From the NCBI RefSeq assembly GCF_006345805.1, contig NC_043017.1:9176001-9240000 (forward strand): DNA of 64,000 bases. The letters are read 5' to 3'. Of this stretch, positions 23,543 to 38,695 are shown piece by piece (positions within the stretch are counted from its first letter, which is position 1; the number at the start of each line of letters is the position of its first letter). Source of the DNA: Octopus sinensis. Taxonomy: Eukaryota. A model generated the notes under the pieces. That model was given only the letters and a program-made list of their open reading frames with translations. It did no database searches and had not been told where the DNA came from. Both the position numbers and the translations under genes were made by a program.

Positions 23543-24130
23543 TCTCTCTCTCTCTCGTGTCTTTCTGTCTTTCTCCAACTCTCTCCTTCCCTCTCTTTAT
23601 TGCTTTCACTATCTCTCTTCTCTCTCTCTACTCCCCGTGTTCCTCCCCTTCACCCTTGAATTATTTCCTTTTTACTTCTCTCTCTCTCTTTTTTTATTTT
23701 TTAACTCTTTTACCTTCACTTCCCTCTCTCCCTTTCCCTCAATCTCTTTCACACTCTTTACTCCCCCGCCTGCTCGCTTCCTCTTCCTCACTCCCTCTCT
23801 CTCTTTAAGTCCTTGCTTTCACTTCCCACTCCCTTTTTTTACACTCTTTCTCATTCTCTACTCCCCCGCTCGCTTTCTTTGCCTTTCAATATCACCTCTC
23901 CCTCTCTCTCTCTCTCTTTACTCGCTTTCTTTTCTTACCTATATTCCTTTACACCCTTTTCCATTCCTCTTTCTCTCTCTCTCTCAGCTCTCAGATAAAT
24001 TTCACTCTACTTCCCTTTCCTCCCTCCTCTCCACCCTCTCTCTCACTCTCTCTCTACTCCCCCGCTCGCTCCCTCCCTCTCTGCCTCTTCACTCTCACTT
24101 CTCTTCTTCCTCCTCCCCTTCCACCCGACA
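22080..24130 (+). repeat. Two long polypyrimidine low-complexity tracts (about 22080-22620 and 23530-24130)
   Basis: Almost entirely C/T on the + strand. Confidence 0.9.
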
Positions 24131-26499
24131 TTTTTAAAGTTCTACCTCAACCGATCTGTGTCATGTAAACACAACACCAGCAACCGCTTCCCTCCCCACC
24201 CACCGCTTCTCTCTCTCTCCGCTGCCCTACTTATCGCTGCACACACACACACACACACACACACCATACACATCCATATACACACACACACATATACACA
24301 TCCATATACGCACGTCCATACACACACACACATACACATCCATATACACACACACATACACACATATACATATCCATATACACACCACATACACACACAC
24401 ATATACACATCCATATATACACACACACACACCCACACCTTTGTTGTTCTTTTTTTGTTGTTTTGTTTTACATGCGTACATATTCACACACACATATTTC
24501 TTTAGACACTGAGCTATTTGTGCATGTGTGTTTGTGTATGTGTGTATCTGTGTGTGTGTGTATGCGTATGTTTGTTGCTGTGCCGTTACGTAATCTTTAC
24601 ACCTGTTTTGTTGTGAAGTGCACACGCCTGCTTGGTGGACGCTGTGTGCACACACACCGATTCTTCAATATAAACACATATATATACAAAAAAATACACA
24701 TACGTATACACGCTTTTTATCAACACACATTTGCTCTCACACACACACACATATATATATATATATACATATATATGATCACATGCGTATACGTAATATA
24801 CGAGACGTCTCTCTCTCTCTCTCTCTCTTTCTTTTTCTCCATACCCGTACATACCCGTAATTGCATCGCAATCTCTTGATATTGTGATTGTTAACTGTTG
24901 CCCGTGATTTTCTTTCCACCTGCCGCCATCCGCTGCTCAAACTTCTCGGTTGACCATCTCCCCCGATTGCATTCTCCTTTACAACACACACACAACACAC
25001 ACACACACAACACAACACATACACACAACACACACACAACACACACACACACAACACACACACACACACAAACACACAACACACACACACACGCTGTTTA
25101 GTGTCTCCCCCACCGATATCACCACCCCCGCCGCCGACATCGTTCTACAGATCGCCTTCCGTCACACACACACACGTACCTTTCTTTACTTTCCCCTTCT
25201 ATTCCGTCTTTCTCTGTAATTATCCCTAATTTGATAAGTGCCAATACACGAAACTCTCGGCCCTTGAGCCACTGTAATTGCTACCAATTAATAATAATAA
25301 TAATAATAATAACAACAGCAACAACATTTCCCTATTCTTTAGCCTGTTCCAATATTTTCCTTCTTGATACTTCGCAGAAAACTCTTTTCAGTTTTCTTAG
25401 TACTTGGGTTAATTGTTCATACACACACATTGATACATAAATATACAGTTATTAGTCATTTTTTTTTCTAGTTCCATTCTTTGTCCTCCCTCTGTTGCAC
25501 ATACACACACACACGTTTACGCACACACACTTGAAGTGTGTGTAAATAGTCGCTGGTGTGGTTGGTTCTGTTGTGATTGGTTTTTAAGACTCTTTATTAG
25601 TATAAAGCCACTGGTGACCATAGCTCTAGACAACGTGCGATACTCGCCCAAAGACAAAATAATAATAAGAAGAAGACAGACACGGAGACATTTGGTGATC
25701 TTGAGAGTTGTTAGAAATAGCAGTCGAATTCCTTCAAATCACACTAACTCAAGAGATAAAAAAATGTAAACTAAACAAAGGAAGGACGTATTAGATAATG
25801 CTTTGAAAAATAGGACCCGGGTGTCACGATTGTAACAATTTATCAAATGATAAAACTAAGGTCCTCTCGGTGTGGACTGACCTAGGGCTACATAAACTCT
25901 ACGTTTGATATCGAGTCGTAAACCATCCTAAGCAGAGTACACGAAGACTTGACATCAATTCACCCAAACATACATACATAGATATAGATACATACACACA
26001 GAGACACAGACACACATATATATATGCGAACTCATTTGTTAAGTTTATAGACACACACGTCTAAGCGTGTGTGTTGTATGTGTATATGTATTGTGAGTGT
26101 GTGCGGCATGTAATGTATGTATGTGTTGTGTACACGCCTCCTGTTTGAAAGTAAAATAAATTGAAGTGTCCTTGCTGTACAATACACATACCAAAACACA
26201 CGTACATACATACATACATATATATATATATAATGTACACACCTATAACTACACAGAGATAACCATTTATATGTACACACGTACCTAACTACATATCCAA
26301 ACTTATATGTACAACGACTCACACAGCGAACGATAGCTACACAAATACTCACACACACGCGCACATACATATATCTATAATATATACACATGCTCATAGA
26401 GACAGGCTAACTAAACACATGTGCACAGACTCCTGTGTGTATATAGATGTATTTACATAGAGCTTTGCCTAGATAGAAAGAGAGGCAGACACGTTTACC

Positions 26500-27817
26500 C
26501 GCTTCCGCCGCCGCCGTCGCCGCTACCCCTAACATTACTTTTCATCCTTGTTTAACCTCTTTCTCTTCATCATCATTATCAACACGAACAGCAGCAGCAA
26601 CATTCATACATACATACATAAACACGATTGCAGTTTTGGTGCTATAACAACAACAACATCGCTAGCAACAGCAACAACAACTACAACAACAACTACAACA
26701 CTTGTGTGTGGTGCGTGAGTGAGTGCGTACGTGTGTGTGTGTGTGTGTGCGTGTGTATATCTTCTTATATGTAAGTGTGCGAGCACTTGTCAAATTTCAA
26801 CAACTACAACAACAAACAACCACAACAGAACTACTACTACTACTACTACTACTGCTACTGCCGCTGCTGTTGTTGTTGTTGCTGTTGTGTGCTGAGAGCT
26901 TTCTTGTCCAGTTTAGTTTCAAAGAACGGCCGCCGTCGCTGCTTTGCAAATGCAACAGCAGCAGCAGCAGCAGAAACAATAACAACAACAACAACAACAA
27001 CAATCAGCTGCTGCTGCTTTGTCAAGCGCCATCATCATCATTATCATCATCATCATTGTTATCAACAACAACAACAACAACAACATCAGCAAATAGTGAT
27101 TTTTAAAAAATTTTATTTTATTTCCATTTCCATTTTTTCCCCTTTCTTGTTGTTCAGAAGCAGCAAAATACGACTGAAAACAATTCTGATATCAACAGCA
27201 TTTTTCTTTTAGTTTCATACGACACCGGTTGCTCCTCGCATTTCCTCTTTCTTTTCCTCTTTTTCTTTTTCTTCTTTTTTTTTTATTTAAAAAAAAGAAA
27301 GAAAAGAAAGGCCTTTATAACGACGTCAACAACAACACCAACAACAACAATACTCAAACACACGCCTTTGATCTGTCAAGTTTCTGCAACAACAACAACA
27401 ACTACAAAAAAAAACAACATCGATATCATTATTAATAACAACAACAACAACAACTGCAATAACAACCAACAAACAATAACTTGCTGTCAAATTTATATAT
27501 ATATTATAATATATATAATATAATAATAATATATATATATATATATATAAATGTATGTATGTATATATGCTGTGTGTGCTCGTGAGAGCGTACGATCGTG
27601 CATTTAATTAAATCGTGAAATAATAATTATATATCAACAACAACAACAAAAGTTACAAACAGTAGCAATAATAATAATACTAATAATAACAACTAATAAT
27701 TTTTAATATTAACAAATATTGATAACAATAACAATAACAATAATAATAATAACGGAAGCAGTGCCAACAGCAGCAGCAGCAACAACAACAACAATAACAA
27801 CAAAAGCACTTGCTTAT

Positions 27818-27850
<33 letters not shown>

Positions 27851-28504
27851 AGCTCTCAGCTGCTTTTTACTACCACCACCACCACCGCCGCCGCCACCAT
27901 CATAACAAAACTACCACCGCCACCACCACCACCACCATCATCATTGCTACGGCGGTTCAGTATTACAAGTTTTGCGTTGACAGTGTGTATATGTATATAT
28001 AAAACCTAAAGAGCGGCTTGCTGTGATTTTCTATCCCGTTATACACACATACATACACATATTATATATATATATATACGTTCATATACACACACATTAC
28101 ATACAGGCGCAACGCATACGTAGACACACATGTATAGATGCATGCGCGTATACATATATACGCATTCTTTTAGCCCCACTCCCCTTCGCCTGTGTGACCC
28201 GTGACCGCTAACCTTCGACCTAGAAGAGCTCTCAGCAATTTTTTTCGCTTGCCTTTTCCCTTTTCGTGTTCTCCACACATACACACACACACACACACGC
28301 ACACTCACTCACACACACACACACACAATACAAACGCGCGCGCATACACATACGAACATGTAGAATATACATGTATAATTCTTTGGAATAGTGGATCTCG
28401 AAGCACACATATAACTATCAATAATAGCATGTAAATATTGGGTTTGAAAACCCCAATTAATTAGAAACATCAATATACACAGACACACATATTTGTACAC
28501 AAGT

Positions 28505-28545
<41 letters not shown>

Positions 28546-28614
28546 CAACATAACCACATATTACATCCAACTTCCTCCGCTGGACAGTCTCTCTCTTTCT
28601 TTCTCTCCACACAC

Positions 28615-28671
<57 letters not shown>

Positions 28672-29178
28672 TGGGCTTTTTTTCTTTCTTCTACTTCCAA
28701 AATTAAACGTGACGTCAACAAGTCTTATGCAACAACAAAAACAAACCCCAGCAGAAATAATAAGGAAATTGTAAGGAGAAAAAAAACACACCAACAACCA
28801 AAGACGGAATATATATATATATATATATATAAATATAAATATATATTTAAAAATAAAAAAAAATCAAGAAGTAATACTGAATAACTAACAACAACAACAA
28901 CAACAATAATAATAATCATCATAACAACAACAACCGCGAGAAGAGATTCATTTATCAAAACGCAAACCGGACTAGTTTGGATTTGGAACCGGGTTCGTGT
29001 TCTGTTAGCGACGACGGACAAAGGAATCAACAGCTTTTACAAATGCTATGAGATGAGGCTGTTATGATTACTGTTATTATTATTATTATTATTATTGAAT
29101 AATAATGACACTGATGGTTAAATAATAATAATAACTAACAAAAAAACTACCACAGGGAGATTTGACTGTTTTCACAAG
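26500..29178 (+). promoter_or_regulatory. Candidate promoter / non-coding first-exon region ending at a splice donor
   Basis: SINE-free, with CpG-containing unique segments among (CCG)/(CAA)/(CAG) runs; donor AAG|GTAAGC at 29179 followed by a switch to T-rich sequence. Start is not definable. Confidence 0.3.
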
Positions 29179-29714
29179 GTAAGCTTAGTAACTTCTGTAT
29201 TGTTTAATATTAATATTATTGTTGCTGGTTTTACGATCGTTATTATTGTTGTTATTATTATTAGTAATGGTAGTATTTAGTAATTATGTTGTTATCGTTG
29301 TGAATTCATTATTTATTAGGTTTCTGGTTTTGTTTGGAGTGTTTTTATTTCTGTTTAAATTACATTGGTATTTCGATCACACACACACATACATACAAAT
29401 GCATCTAGCCATCCATACAAACTTTCGTGCACACACGCATAACACACACACACAAACACACACATGCACATATATAGTGTCTTGTTTTTTTTCGTTTGTT
29501 TTTTTTTTGCAATGCCTCTCGTAACTTAGTCGTTCGACAATTAGAAATCGATAAAATATGTAGCTGGCTTAAATTTATAGTCTTTGTCGGTCAATATCCA
29601 CGATCGACTGAATTATGAAATATATAATTAACAATCACACGTTTGATGCTGTGCTCCAGTATGGCCACAATGCAATTACTGAAGCCAGGAAAAAACTAAA
29701 AGAATGTTTGCGCG

Positions 29715-29763
<49 letters not shown>

Positions 29764-30011
29764 GCATACAGAGTATTTTTCTTTCTCTCATACGCGCACA
29801 CACACATATACGCACACACACATACTCTGAGAAAATAACAAAATTTATTTGCTTCCTCGTGTCTGTATATTTTGTACGTTTTCTTTTTTAATAGTTGAAC
29901 AATATAACACACATACACACATGTATTCAGTCACAAACCCTCATCGCTATCTTTGTGTGTGTATACATAATTTATACACATGCACTTCATAAACATGCTT
30001 GCGTATGTATG

Positions 30012-30068
<57 letters not shown>

Positions 30069-30135
30069 GGATTAATACGTTCAGACAGATGTGTCGCAGT
30101 ATATGCCATATACATGTAAGAACACAGACACACAC

Positions 30136-30175
<40 letters not shown>

Positions 30176-30559
30176 CAATATAAGGTTTTATTTATAATGG
30201 ATTTATAATGGATTTTTAAAAATGCCACATATATATATATTGGGTGCTGCAGAAAGTTAGCAATCCGGTTTCGAATTGTAGTTTGGAACAGAACAGTCCC
30301 GTATGATCATAATCGTTAAGGCAGGATTAAAAATAAAAAAAAGACATACATAAGGCAAGGCATAAATGCCACAACTTCACAGAATGGGTGTGTATGAGAG
30401 TCTGTTTATTTACGTAAAGTTGTGTTACTTATTAACTTGATAAAGATAACTTTTGGATAATGTTTGGCGCCAAGCTGAACCGGAAGCTGTGATGATGGTA
30501 GCTGTGCCCCCCCCCCTACACTCTTTGGCTGTCGCTGTTCTTTACTCATCTCTCTTGCT

Positions 30560-30737
30560 CCATCTGTCTGTCTGTCTATTTATTCATCTGTCTCTCCCTC
30601 TCCCCAGTTATCTAGTTTTCTATCTACCTATTTGTCTGTCTGTCTGTCTATTTCTGTCTATCTGTCTGCCTGTCTCTCCATTAATCTATTTGTCTCTCTC
30701 TCTCACCCCATCAGTCCGTCTCTGTTTATCTGTCTGT

Positions 30738-30793
<56 letters not shown>

Positions 30794-31090
30794 TTATCTA
30801 TCTCTACATTATCTATCTATTTATCTATCTCTACATTATCTATCTATCTCTCCATCTATCTATCTATCTATCTATCTTCTGTCTCTCTGTCTGTCTGTCT
30901 CTCTCTCTACCTGAGTGTCTATTTCTTTGTATGTCCTTCCATCCGTTTGTTTGTCTAGCTATTTGTATATCTATCTGCCTATTTACCTATCTGTTTTTTC
31001 TGTCTGTTTCTCTATGTCTATCTATATTTGTTTATCTATCCATTCTATGTCGTTGTTTGCCTCTCTCTCTCTATATATATATCTACCTAT
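30560..31090. repeat. (TCTA/TCTG)n tetranucleotide array
   Basis: Directly visible. Confidence 0.93.
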
Positions 31091-31474
31091 CTCTCATACT
31101 CTTCACAACCCCTTCCACTTGCTGTCATTTCTCTAAACTTCATCCTCCCCCATCAAAAAAGGAAAAAAAAAATTCCAAACGTTCATTCCCTCCCCGACAA
31201 GGGTTCAGTGCCCCCTCCCCTGTTTTGAGAAAACTCTTTGAAACCCATCTCATGCATATTTCATCAACCCCTGATGCTATTATTAGGAGGACGGAAGGCA
31301 AACACAATCCAGTGGCAGATTCTAAGAACAGAACATATTTATCAATCCATCACCATGCAAACTCCATCAGCAAGTTAATCTTTATATTGACGCTAGTCTT
31401 GCTAGAAATAGCAGCTAAAATTTCCCTTAATACACACACACCCTAACATAAAAAAAAAGACTTGGGCATACCTA

Positions 31475-32085
31475 CACAAGTGTTTCCGATCCCTCCCATC
31501 TTTGTTTCCTCATAACTTTCAGTAAAATTATATATATTTTTTAATGAATCTTTCTGCAGTTACGTTTCAGATAGTATATCGAAATATAATGTGATGAAGG
31601 GTTTTCATGGGCGCACACTTATACAATACTGTCACAAACCACATTACTAGGGGTTGCTAAAAGTTCCTGGCTTTGGGTGAAAGAAAATAGAGGAGGATCA
31701 GTTAGTTATGATTTCATTTAACATATTCTCTTCTCTCATTCACACACCTATTGCAGAAGCCCTTCAGTTTTTTTTTTTTTTGTAAGTCCTGTAAAAGAAC
31801 CCACAAGTTTGGGCCTCTAACCAAGCCTTTTGCAAAACCCTTAAAGCTAGGAACTTTTCTGCATCCCTTCGTATGCATCTTCAAAAATAAAACTTAAGAA
31901 TTTTGAAAAAAATTTATGCGAGATGTGTCAGTATGTATGAATGCGCGGCCACCGATTCTTTATTATTTTTTGTATTTTTACAATAAATTCTGAAAAAATA
32001 TTTGCGGAGAATTTCATTAAAAAATAACGATTTTTCTGAAATTTATGAGGAAACAAAAGTCAGGAGGGTCACATTTGCCTTTGTG
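31475..32085. mobile_element. Old Tc1/mariner-like MITE with long imperfect inverted repeats
   Basis: TA-CACAAG...CCCTCC..TTTGTTTCCTCATAACTTTCAG pairs with CTGAAATTTATGAGGAAACAAAA..GGAGGG...TTGTG-TA. Confidence 0.7.
31647..31871. mobile_element. Mariner-type MITE nested in the older MITE
   Basis: TIRs CTAGGGGTTGCTAAAAGTTCCTGGCTTT / AAAGCTAGGAACTTTTCTGCATCCCTTCG, with TA on both sides. Confidence 0.8.
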
Positions 32086-33094
32086 TATGTCTGGACTTGT
32101 TGGATTATGTAGTTCTAAATGATAAGTAGTGGTCACGACTAGAACGTCTTTGATTATATATATATCTACTGGATCAGCCTCCGAACTACAGCTGATCAAG
32201 TAAATATAAAAAGCAATAAATAAATAAATATACGGAACGTGGAGATTTTTTATTTTAACCTTTGACCTTACAAACACTTCCTGTTCCTCTCGACACTTCA
32301 GACTGCAGTTTTTTTGTTGTCAATACTTTCACTTTTGAACGCACACTGCCCTCCCCTGGTACTGTCCCGAGTGCATTGTCCCATTGCAACAGCACCTTGT
32401 GGGCCACCTGTCTGTCATGCACTGTGGACGAACCTCCCTCTGCCCTGTCACCACTTCACTGGTTTACCGTATAAATATCTAATATCTATCTTTCTACATG
32501 TAAGGGCAGATATATACGTATATATATATATATATATAATATAAATGTGTGTGTGTGTGGATATATTCATGTATAATGTATGTACGTATGAATCTATAGA
32601 CCCACTCACCGTTCCTTTTAGATTAGGGTTAGAAATTATCTGGAACATCGAAAACGGTAATTTATTCGGGTGAAGGGGGTGTCGAGGGTGAGATGGGGGA
32701 GATTTTTCAATTTATATTTTTGGGGATAAAACTTTTTGTTTCATATTTACATTTTTTTTTTAAACATCGGAGTTCACGAATATCTGAAAAATTAAAAAAA
32801 AACAAAAGCTACAAATTTATTTATTTGGCAGAATTTCAAAGTTTGTAATTTTTTTTTAAAAATAATTTACTGCACTCCCCCCCACCTCCTATACATATTC
32901 ATTTACTTTTTTTACATTATTTTTATTAATTTTTTTTTTCTATGTTGTAAAAAATTCAAAAAACAAAATATGTTTGAATTGAAAATGAAAAAAAAAATGT
33001 TACGCATATTTTTGAAGAATTAAAATCTCAAATATCCAAAACATACGAATGAAAAATAATTCAAGATTCGTAAAAAAAAAAAATTATAGAAAGG

Positions 33095-33300
33095 ATGGCA
33101 GAATCCATTACCTTGCCGGACAAAATGCTTTGTGACATTTCATCCGGTTCTTTACGTTCTGAGTTCAAATTCTGCCGAGGTCGACATTGCCTTTCATCTT
33201 TTCGGAGTGGATGAAATAAAGTACCAGTTGGGTACTGGGGTCGATGTAATCGACCAGACCCCCTGCCCTAAAATTGTTGGGCTTCTTCCAAAATTTGAAA
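33095..33300 (+). mobile_element. SINE family B, old-tail type
   Basis: Head and core with the tail CCTAAAATTGTTGGGCTTCTTCCAAAATTTGAAAC; a closely related partial copy lies at about 33772-33895. Confidence 0.8.
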
Positions 33301-34682
33301 CTTTGGGGGCGGGGGTGGGGACAGAATCTAATCTTCGATGCTCGAAATACACACACGCACACACACATGCGTGCGCACTCATGCAAGGACGTACACACAC
33401 GCATAGACAGTCAACTGCACACATACACGCGGATCGAATAAGCATATAATTAAACGCACACAGACAGAATTACAAACACACACACACACTCAGACAAATA
33501 CACGCAGAGATACAGAGAATATATATTCACACACCAAGAATCAAACATCAAAAATTCATAACCAAATGTTTGTCTGCAGGTACCATAACAAAAGACAACC
33601 AGTTTCTACCTTTCCCAACCTCAAAACCAAGTTCATGTTTTTTTCCCCCCAAAATCTTTGCATACGTCCTTTTCCTCGATGGGGTTAACCCTAACCTCGC
33701 CCCTCGTTTCATAGGGGTTTTTCTTTTTTTTTCAGTGTCACTTTTACTGGAGGTTTAGGTTCATGGAAACGATGGCAGAATCATTACCTTGCCGGACAAA
33801 ATGCTTTTTGACATTTCATCCGGTTCTTTACGTTCTGAGTTCAAATTCTGCCGAGGTCAACATTGCCTTTCATCCTTTCAGAGTGGATGAAATAAGCAGG
33901 GGTTATCATGGTGCCAAATCACTGCATTCTTCTGCTTCTAACTTATAGACAATAGAGAGAGAGAGAAAGAGGTTCGGGTTTCGAGCCGTTCGAACAATTT
34001 TTTTTACTAACATTCTCATCACTTTGGTGTTCTATATTGTGTGTGTTTGCGACTATATGTTGTTTATTTGTGAAACATTTGTCTGTGTGTATATTTTTGC
34101 CTATGTTTCAGTACATATGTGCGTCTGTATGTGATGATATATTTGTCTGTATACATATATTAACTATGTCTATGCGACTGTGTACGCATCTGTTTGTATA
34201 TGTGCTGTCTAGACTGGTTATAAACTCGACCACATACATACGTACATGTGAGAGGGGAGGAGCACACATGGCTATATTAATTAAAAGGAGGGGCGTATGG
34301 GAGAATCTGTGATGTTTATTCCTCTCTCCGTGAGCATGAACGACCTAAGTGAAGCGAATTCGATTGGAGGTCGAAATCGTGTCGCGGCCTCTCGACTCTT
34401 GTACAACATTCAACAACACATCCATGTGTTTATATTTACGTATAGATTAGTATGACTAACAGTCTGTGTGTGTCTGTGTGTTTATAAGAGATATTTGTGT
34501 ATGTATCGGTATTGTGGTGTGCGTGTATATATATATATATATATATATATATTTACTTTATAAAAAGGGTTCAGCGACGATTTGCTTCACCACATAAAAA
34601 TTGCCGAATTCTGCTTGGTGAAATTACTGATTACTTCTTAATTAATTAATTAATTAATTAATTAATTAATTTTACCCTTTGT

Positions 34683-34723
<41 letters not shown>

Positions 34724-35110
34724 TATATGTGTGTGTGTGTATGCGTGTTATATATATATATGTATATTTATGTCCAAAACAATGTCGAGGTGTGTATGTA
34801 TGTGTGTGGCTAGAAAACTTGTGGTCGAAGACTGCAACAGCCGTGACCATCCCATCTTTTTTAGTTCTGTCTTAGGACTACATTATCAACACTGTCTGCA
34901 ACCGAGTTTCGATTCTTCGGTCGCTTGAATTCGCTTTAGAACACGTGTACTTGTTACTTGCTTGGCCATCATCATACAAGACAGACTCTGGCCAGCTTAG
35001 ACTGTAGAAGATGGTGGTGGTGGCGGCGGGAGCGACTGCTGGCTCTAGTGATTTCTTCCTCTCTCTCTCTCTCTCTCACACACACATAGACACACGTGTA
35101 TATATATATA

Positions 35111-35151
<41 letters not shown>

Positions 35152-35239
35152 CTTGCACACATCTGTGGTGACAACCAAATTAAAAATACGCATTTGAATG
35201 AAATATATAGATATTTTCATTGTGTTTCTACGCCTGTGT

Positions 35240-35360
35240 GTGAATATATATATGTGTGTGTGTATATATATATATGTGTGTGTGTGTGTATATATATATA
35301 TGTGTGTGTGTGTATATATATATATGTGTGTGTGTGTATATATATATATATGTGTGTGTG

Positions 35361-35391
<31 letters not shown>

Positions 35392-35475
35392 ATATATATA
35401 TATGTGTGTGTGTATACATATATATGTGTGTGTGTATATGTGTGTGTGTGTATATATATATGTGTGTGTGTGTGT
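35240..35475. repeat. Periodic compound (TA)n(TG)n array
   Basis: Alternating TA and TG blocks with a period of about 20 bp. Confidence 0.92.
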
Positions 35476-36294
35476 TTGTACAAATAAATTTCAATGTGTA
35501 TATATATGTGCATATGGATTTGTGTATATCTGCATGTGTGGACATGGATTTGTGTATGTGTATGTGCAAATGGATTGGTGTATGTGTATATATAAACGTG
35601 TGTGTGTATGTGCCACTGGTTATATGTGTGCCTGTGTGCGTAGAGATGTCGATATGGAATTATTCATGTGTATGTATGTATGTATGCACGCCTGTCTATA
35701 TGCAATCTGGGCATGTATTCACCTGACACAGTGCATCTTGGACTACAGCCTTCTCCATTACCTTTACACATTTATAAAACAAGGTTTGGACGTGAGGGCG
35801 AGAGACCTAGCTGCCATTTCTAGCGGTTCTTCTAACCATACAGAAACCGTGACGTTCACTACCTTGTATGTAAACATGTATATTTGTGAATATATGCGTA
35901 GTTTTTTTGGGGGTTTTTTTGGTTTAGTGGCCGAGGCCATGCTGCAGCACTATAGTTCACGTCGGCTGTTTTGTTTATATTTATTTACTGTACAGTTTTT
36001 GGTCCAAAGTAGTCTTTGTTTGTTGGCTTTGTATAAAATAACGGCATCGCACGTTGGTTAGCAGGCGGCTCTGTCTTCGTTGTTTGATGATGTTTGGCTC
36101 TGAGACTGTCCTTATGATCAAAGGCATTCCATGCGTGACCCTCACGTCGGTTTTTCTTCTTCTTCTTAGTTTTAACCTTCTTTGAAGAGTTAACACTGGA
36201 CCACATGATGCTATACGTCTCTCTCTGTCTGTCTGTCTGTCTCTCTCTCTCTGTCTCTGTCTCTCTCTCGCTCTCTCTGTCTGTCTATCTCTGC

Positions 36295-36326
<32 letters not shown>

Positions 36327-36359
36327 GTCTATGTCTGTCTGTCTGTCTCTCTCTGTCTA

Positions 36360-36484
<125 letters not shown>

Positions 36485-36879
36485 TTACGGTTGTGAACTC
36501 ATGGAGATCTGGCTGCTATTTCTCCCAGCTGATCGAGGTTATCATAGAGACGGTTCTCCGCTGGTTGCTGTGTTCTACACTGGTTTTAGCCATTTCGAGA
36601 CATTAGAACATGTATTTATCTAAATCAGGTAAACTTTTCATATCATTGATTCCTTGCCTCACCCCACCCCGCCCCTTCATGGAATCATTGATTTCTTATC
36701 GATCCCCACCCCCATCATATAAATTTCTAAAATATAATATTAAACTAATTAATTAAAAAAAAAAATTCTTGATTTCAAAACAATAATTTCTTTCTTTCTT
36801 CTGTGTCATTAGCGTTTTTTTTTCTCTTTTTCTTTTAATGAGAAACGTTTGAAGAAATTTAATGAAAATATTTAGTTAA

Positions 36880-37023
36880 GATATTCGGTTCGCGATTGCA
36901 TGGTTTCGGGTTCATTCCCAGAGCGGAACACTTCGGGCAAGTGTCTTCTACTGCAGTCTCAGGCCAACCAATGCCAGACCAATAAATTTGGTAGACGGAA
37001 ACTGAAAGAAGCCCATCGTGTGC

Positions 37024-37060
<37 letters not shown>

Positions 37061-37230
37061 CGTTCCCTCAACTTGACAACCGGTATTAGTTTGTTTACTT
37101 CCTCAGGACCTAGCGATAGAATAAGTACCAGGCACAAGAAATAAGTACTGGAACCGATTTGCCCGACTAAAACAACCCTTGAAAGTGGTGCTCTAGCATG
37201 GGCGTAGTTCAATGACTGGAACAGTGAAAA
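36880..37230 (+). mobile_element. SINE family A, diverged
   Basis: GGGCAAGTGTCTTCTAC and GGTAGACGGAAACTGAAAGAAGCCC motifs; another diverged copy at about 38140-38570. Confidence 0.75.
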
Positions 37231-38695
37231 GGTAAAAGGTTTATATTACCACTGCTTGTGGTGCCACGAAAAGACAAAAGCACCCAGTACACTCTGTAAC
37301 TATAAAAGTGTGCTCTTGGCATTTGGAAGGGCATCCAGCCATAGAAACCCCAGCAAAACTGGGACGATGGAGAAACGCATGGTTCCCCGATTCGTTGGAT
37401 CTTGTTAAGCAATGTTCAGCATAGAAAGCGGGCAGATGACGATGATGATGATGATGGTGGTGGTGGTTGTGTGTGTGTGTGTGTGCTATGTTGTGAGTTT
37501 GTGTCTTATACAATGACGTAGTGCTTCCGTCGGTATTCCGTACAATCGAGTCGTTATAACGACTGTAGGCGTTCCCAGTAAGGCTGTAGAGTCTTCCGTA
37601 GTTTTTTCGTTTTGTGATTTTCTTCTTCCCCACTCTTAGGCGAGGCTTGCTGGTGGTGGGCCTATTTGGAGGCCTTTCAGTCTGAGATAAAAGCACAGCC
37701 ACAGTATAGTAATGAGTCCAGCCAATAACTGTTGGATTTCTCGATGGGAAATAATTCCCAGTGACCACTCCACCCACCTCTTCACACCCTATTTCTCTCT
37801 CTCTCTCTCTCTCTTTGTCTGTCCTCGTATCGTCCCCTCTTTTTCTCAACCTTATGGCGAATAAAGAAATTTTTTTTCTCTCTCTCTCTCTCTCTCTGGC
37901 TCTCAGCTCCCGTACGAATTGCTTGTCAGCTTGTGGCGGCCTCTCTTAGGTGTAGATCACGCCCAGTTCACGAATGGATTCGCTATTCGGGATTTAGATT
38001 CCTTGTTTTGAAGCTTCGTAAAGATGCATGAAACATCCTTCTGCTTGTATTGGAAGGCGGAGAACTTTTGAAGAGTTTCTACTGCTGCTGCTGCTGTTGT
38101 TTCTGTTTCAGGTTAGTTCTGATCGAACGGATCTGGGAGCAGTGGCGATCCAGCTGTGTGGCATCTTGGACAAGTGTCTTCTACTATAGCCCCGGACCCG
38201 TCGACCAATGCCTTGTGAGTGAAGGTGGTAGACGGAAACTCCGTGGAAGCCCGTCGCGCGCGCCTGTGTGTAGGCGCAGGCGTGGCTTTGTGGTAAGAAG
38301 TTTGCTTCTCAACCACATAGTTCCGGGTTCAGTCCCACTGCATGGCACCTTGGGTAAGTGCCTCGGACCGTCTGTATTTGTCCCACCACCACCACCACCA
38401 CCGCTCGACTACTGGTGTTAGTGTATTTGCGCGTCCGTAACTTAGCGGTTCGGCAAAAGGAACCGATAGAATTAGTACTGGAGTCGATACATTCGACTAG
38501 AAATTCTTCAAGGCGGTGCCCCAACATAACTGCAGTTTAATGACTGAAACCAGTAAAAGATAAAAGATCTATGAAATGTATTACGGGTGGCTCTACTGTT
38601 GTTTTTATTGTTCCGCTCTATCAACCGGGTGTCGCTGTTGTCTCTTTCAGTCGTTATGAGAATATTTTTTGGAAATATTAGCAAAAATACCCTCA

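Noticed and set aside
26723-27212. Poly-Q/H/N ORFs resembling a transcription-factor N-terminus
   Set aside because: Open in several frames because of triplet repeats, with no splice or domain support; more likely UTR or promoter low-complexity sequence.
32300-32470. Minus-strand peptide HKVLLQWDNA resembling a pogo/Tigger DDE motif
   Set aside because: Only a short match, with no flanking transposase similarity.
35011-36061. 287-aa and overlapping ORFs
   Set aside because: (TA)(TG) repeats lack stops in several frames; no domain signal.
37241-37849. 202-aa minus-strand ORF with a unique central part
   Set aside because: Begins in a GA repeat and ends in a retroposon tail; no recognisable domain. 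The unique centre may be regulatory but coding is unsupported.
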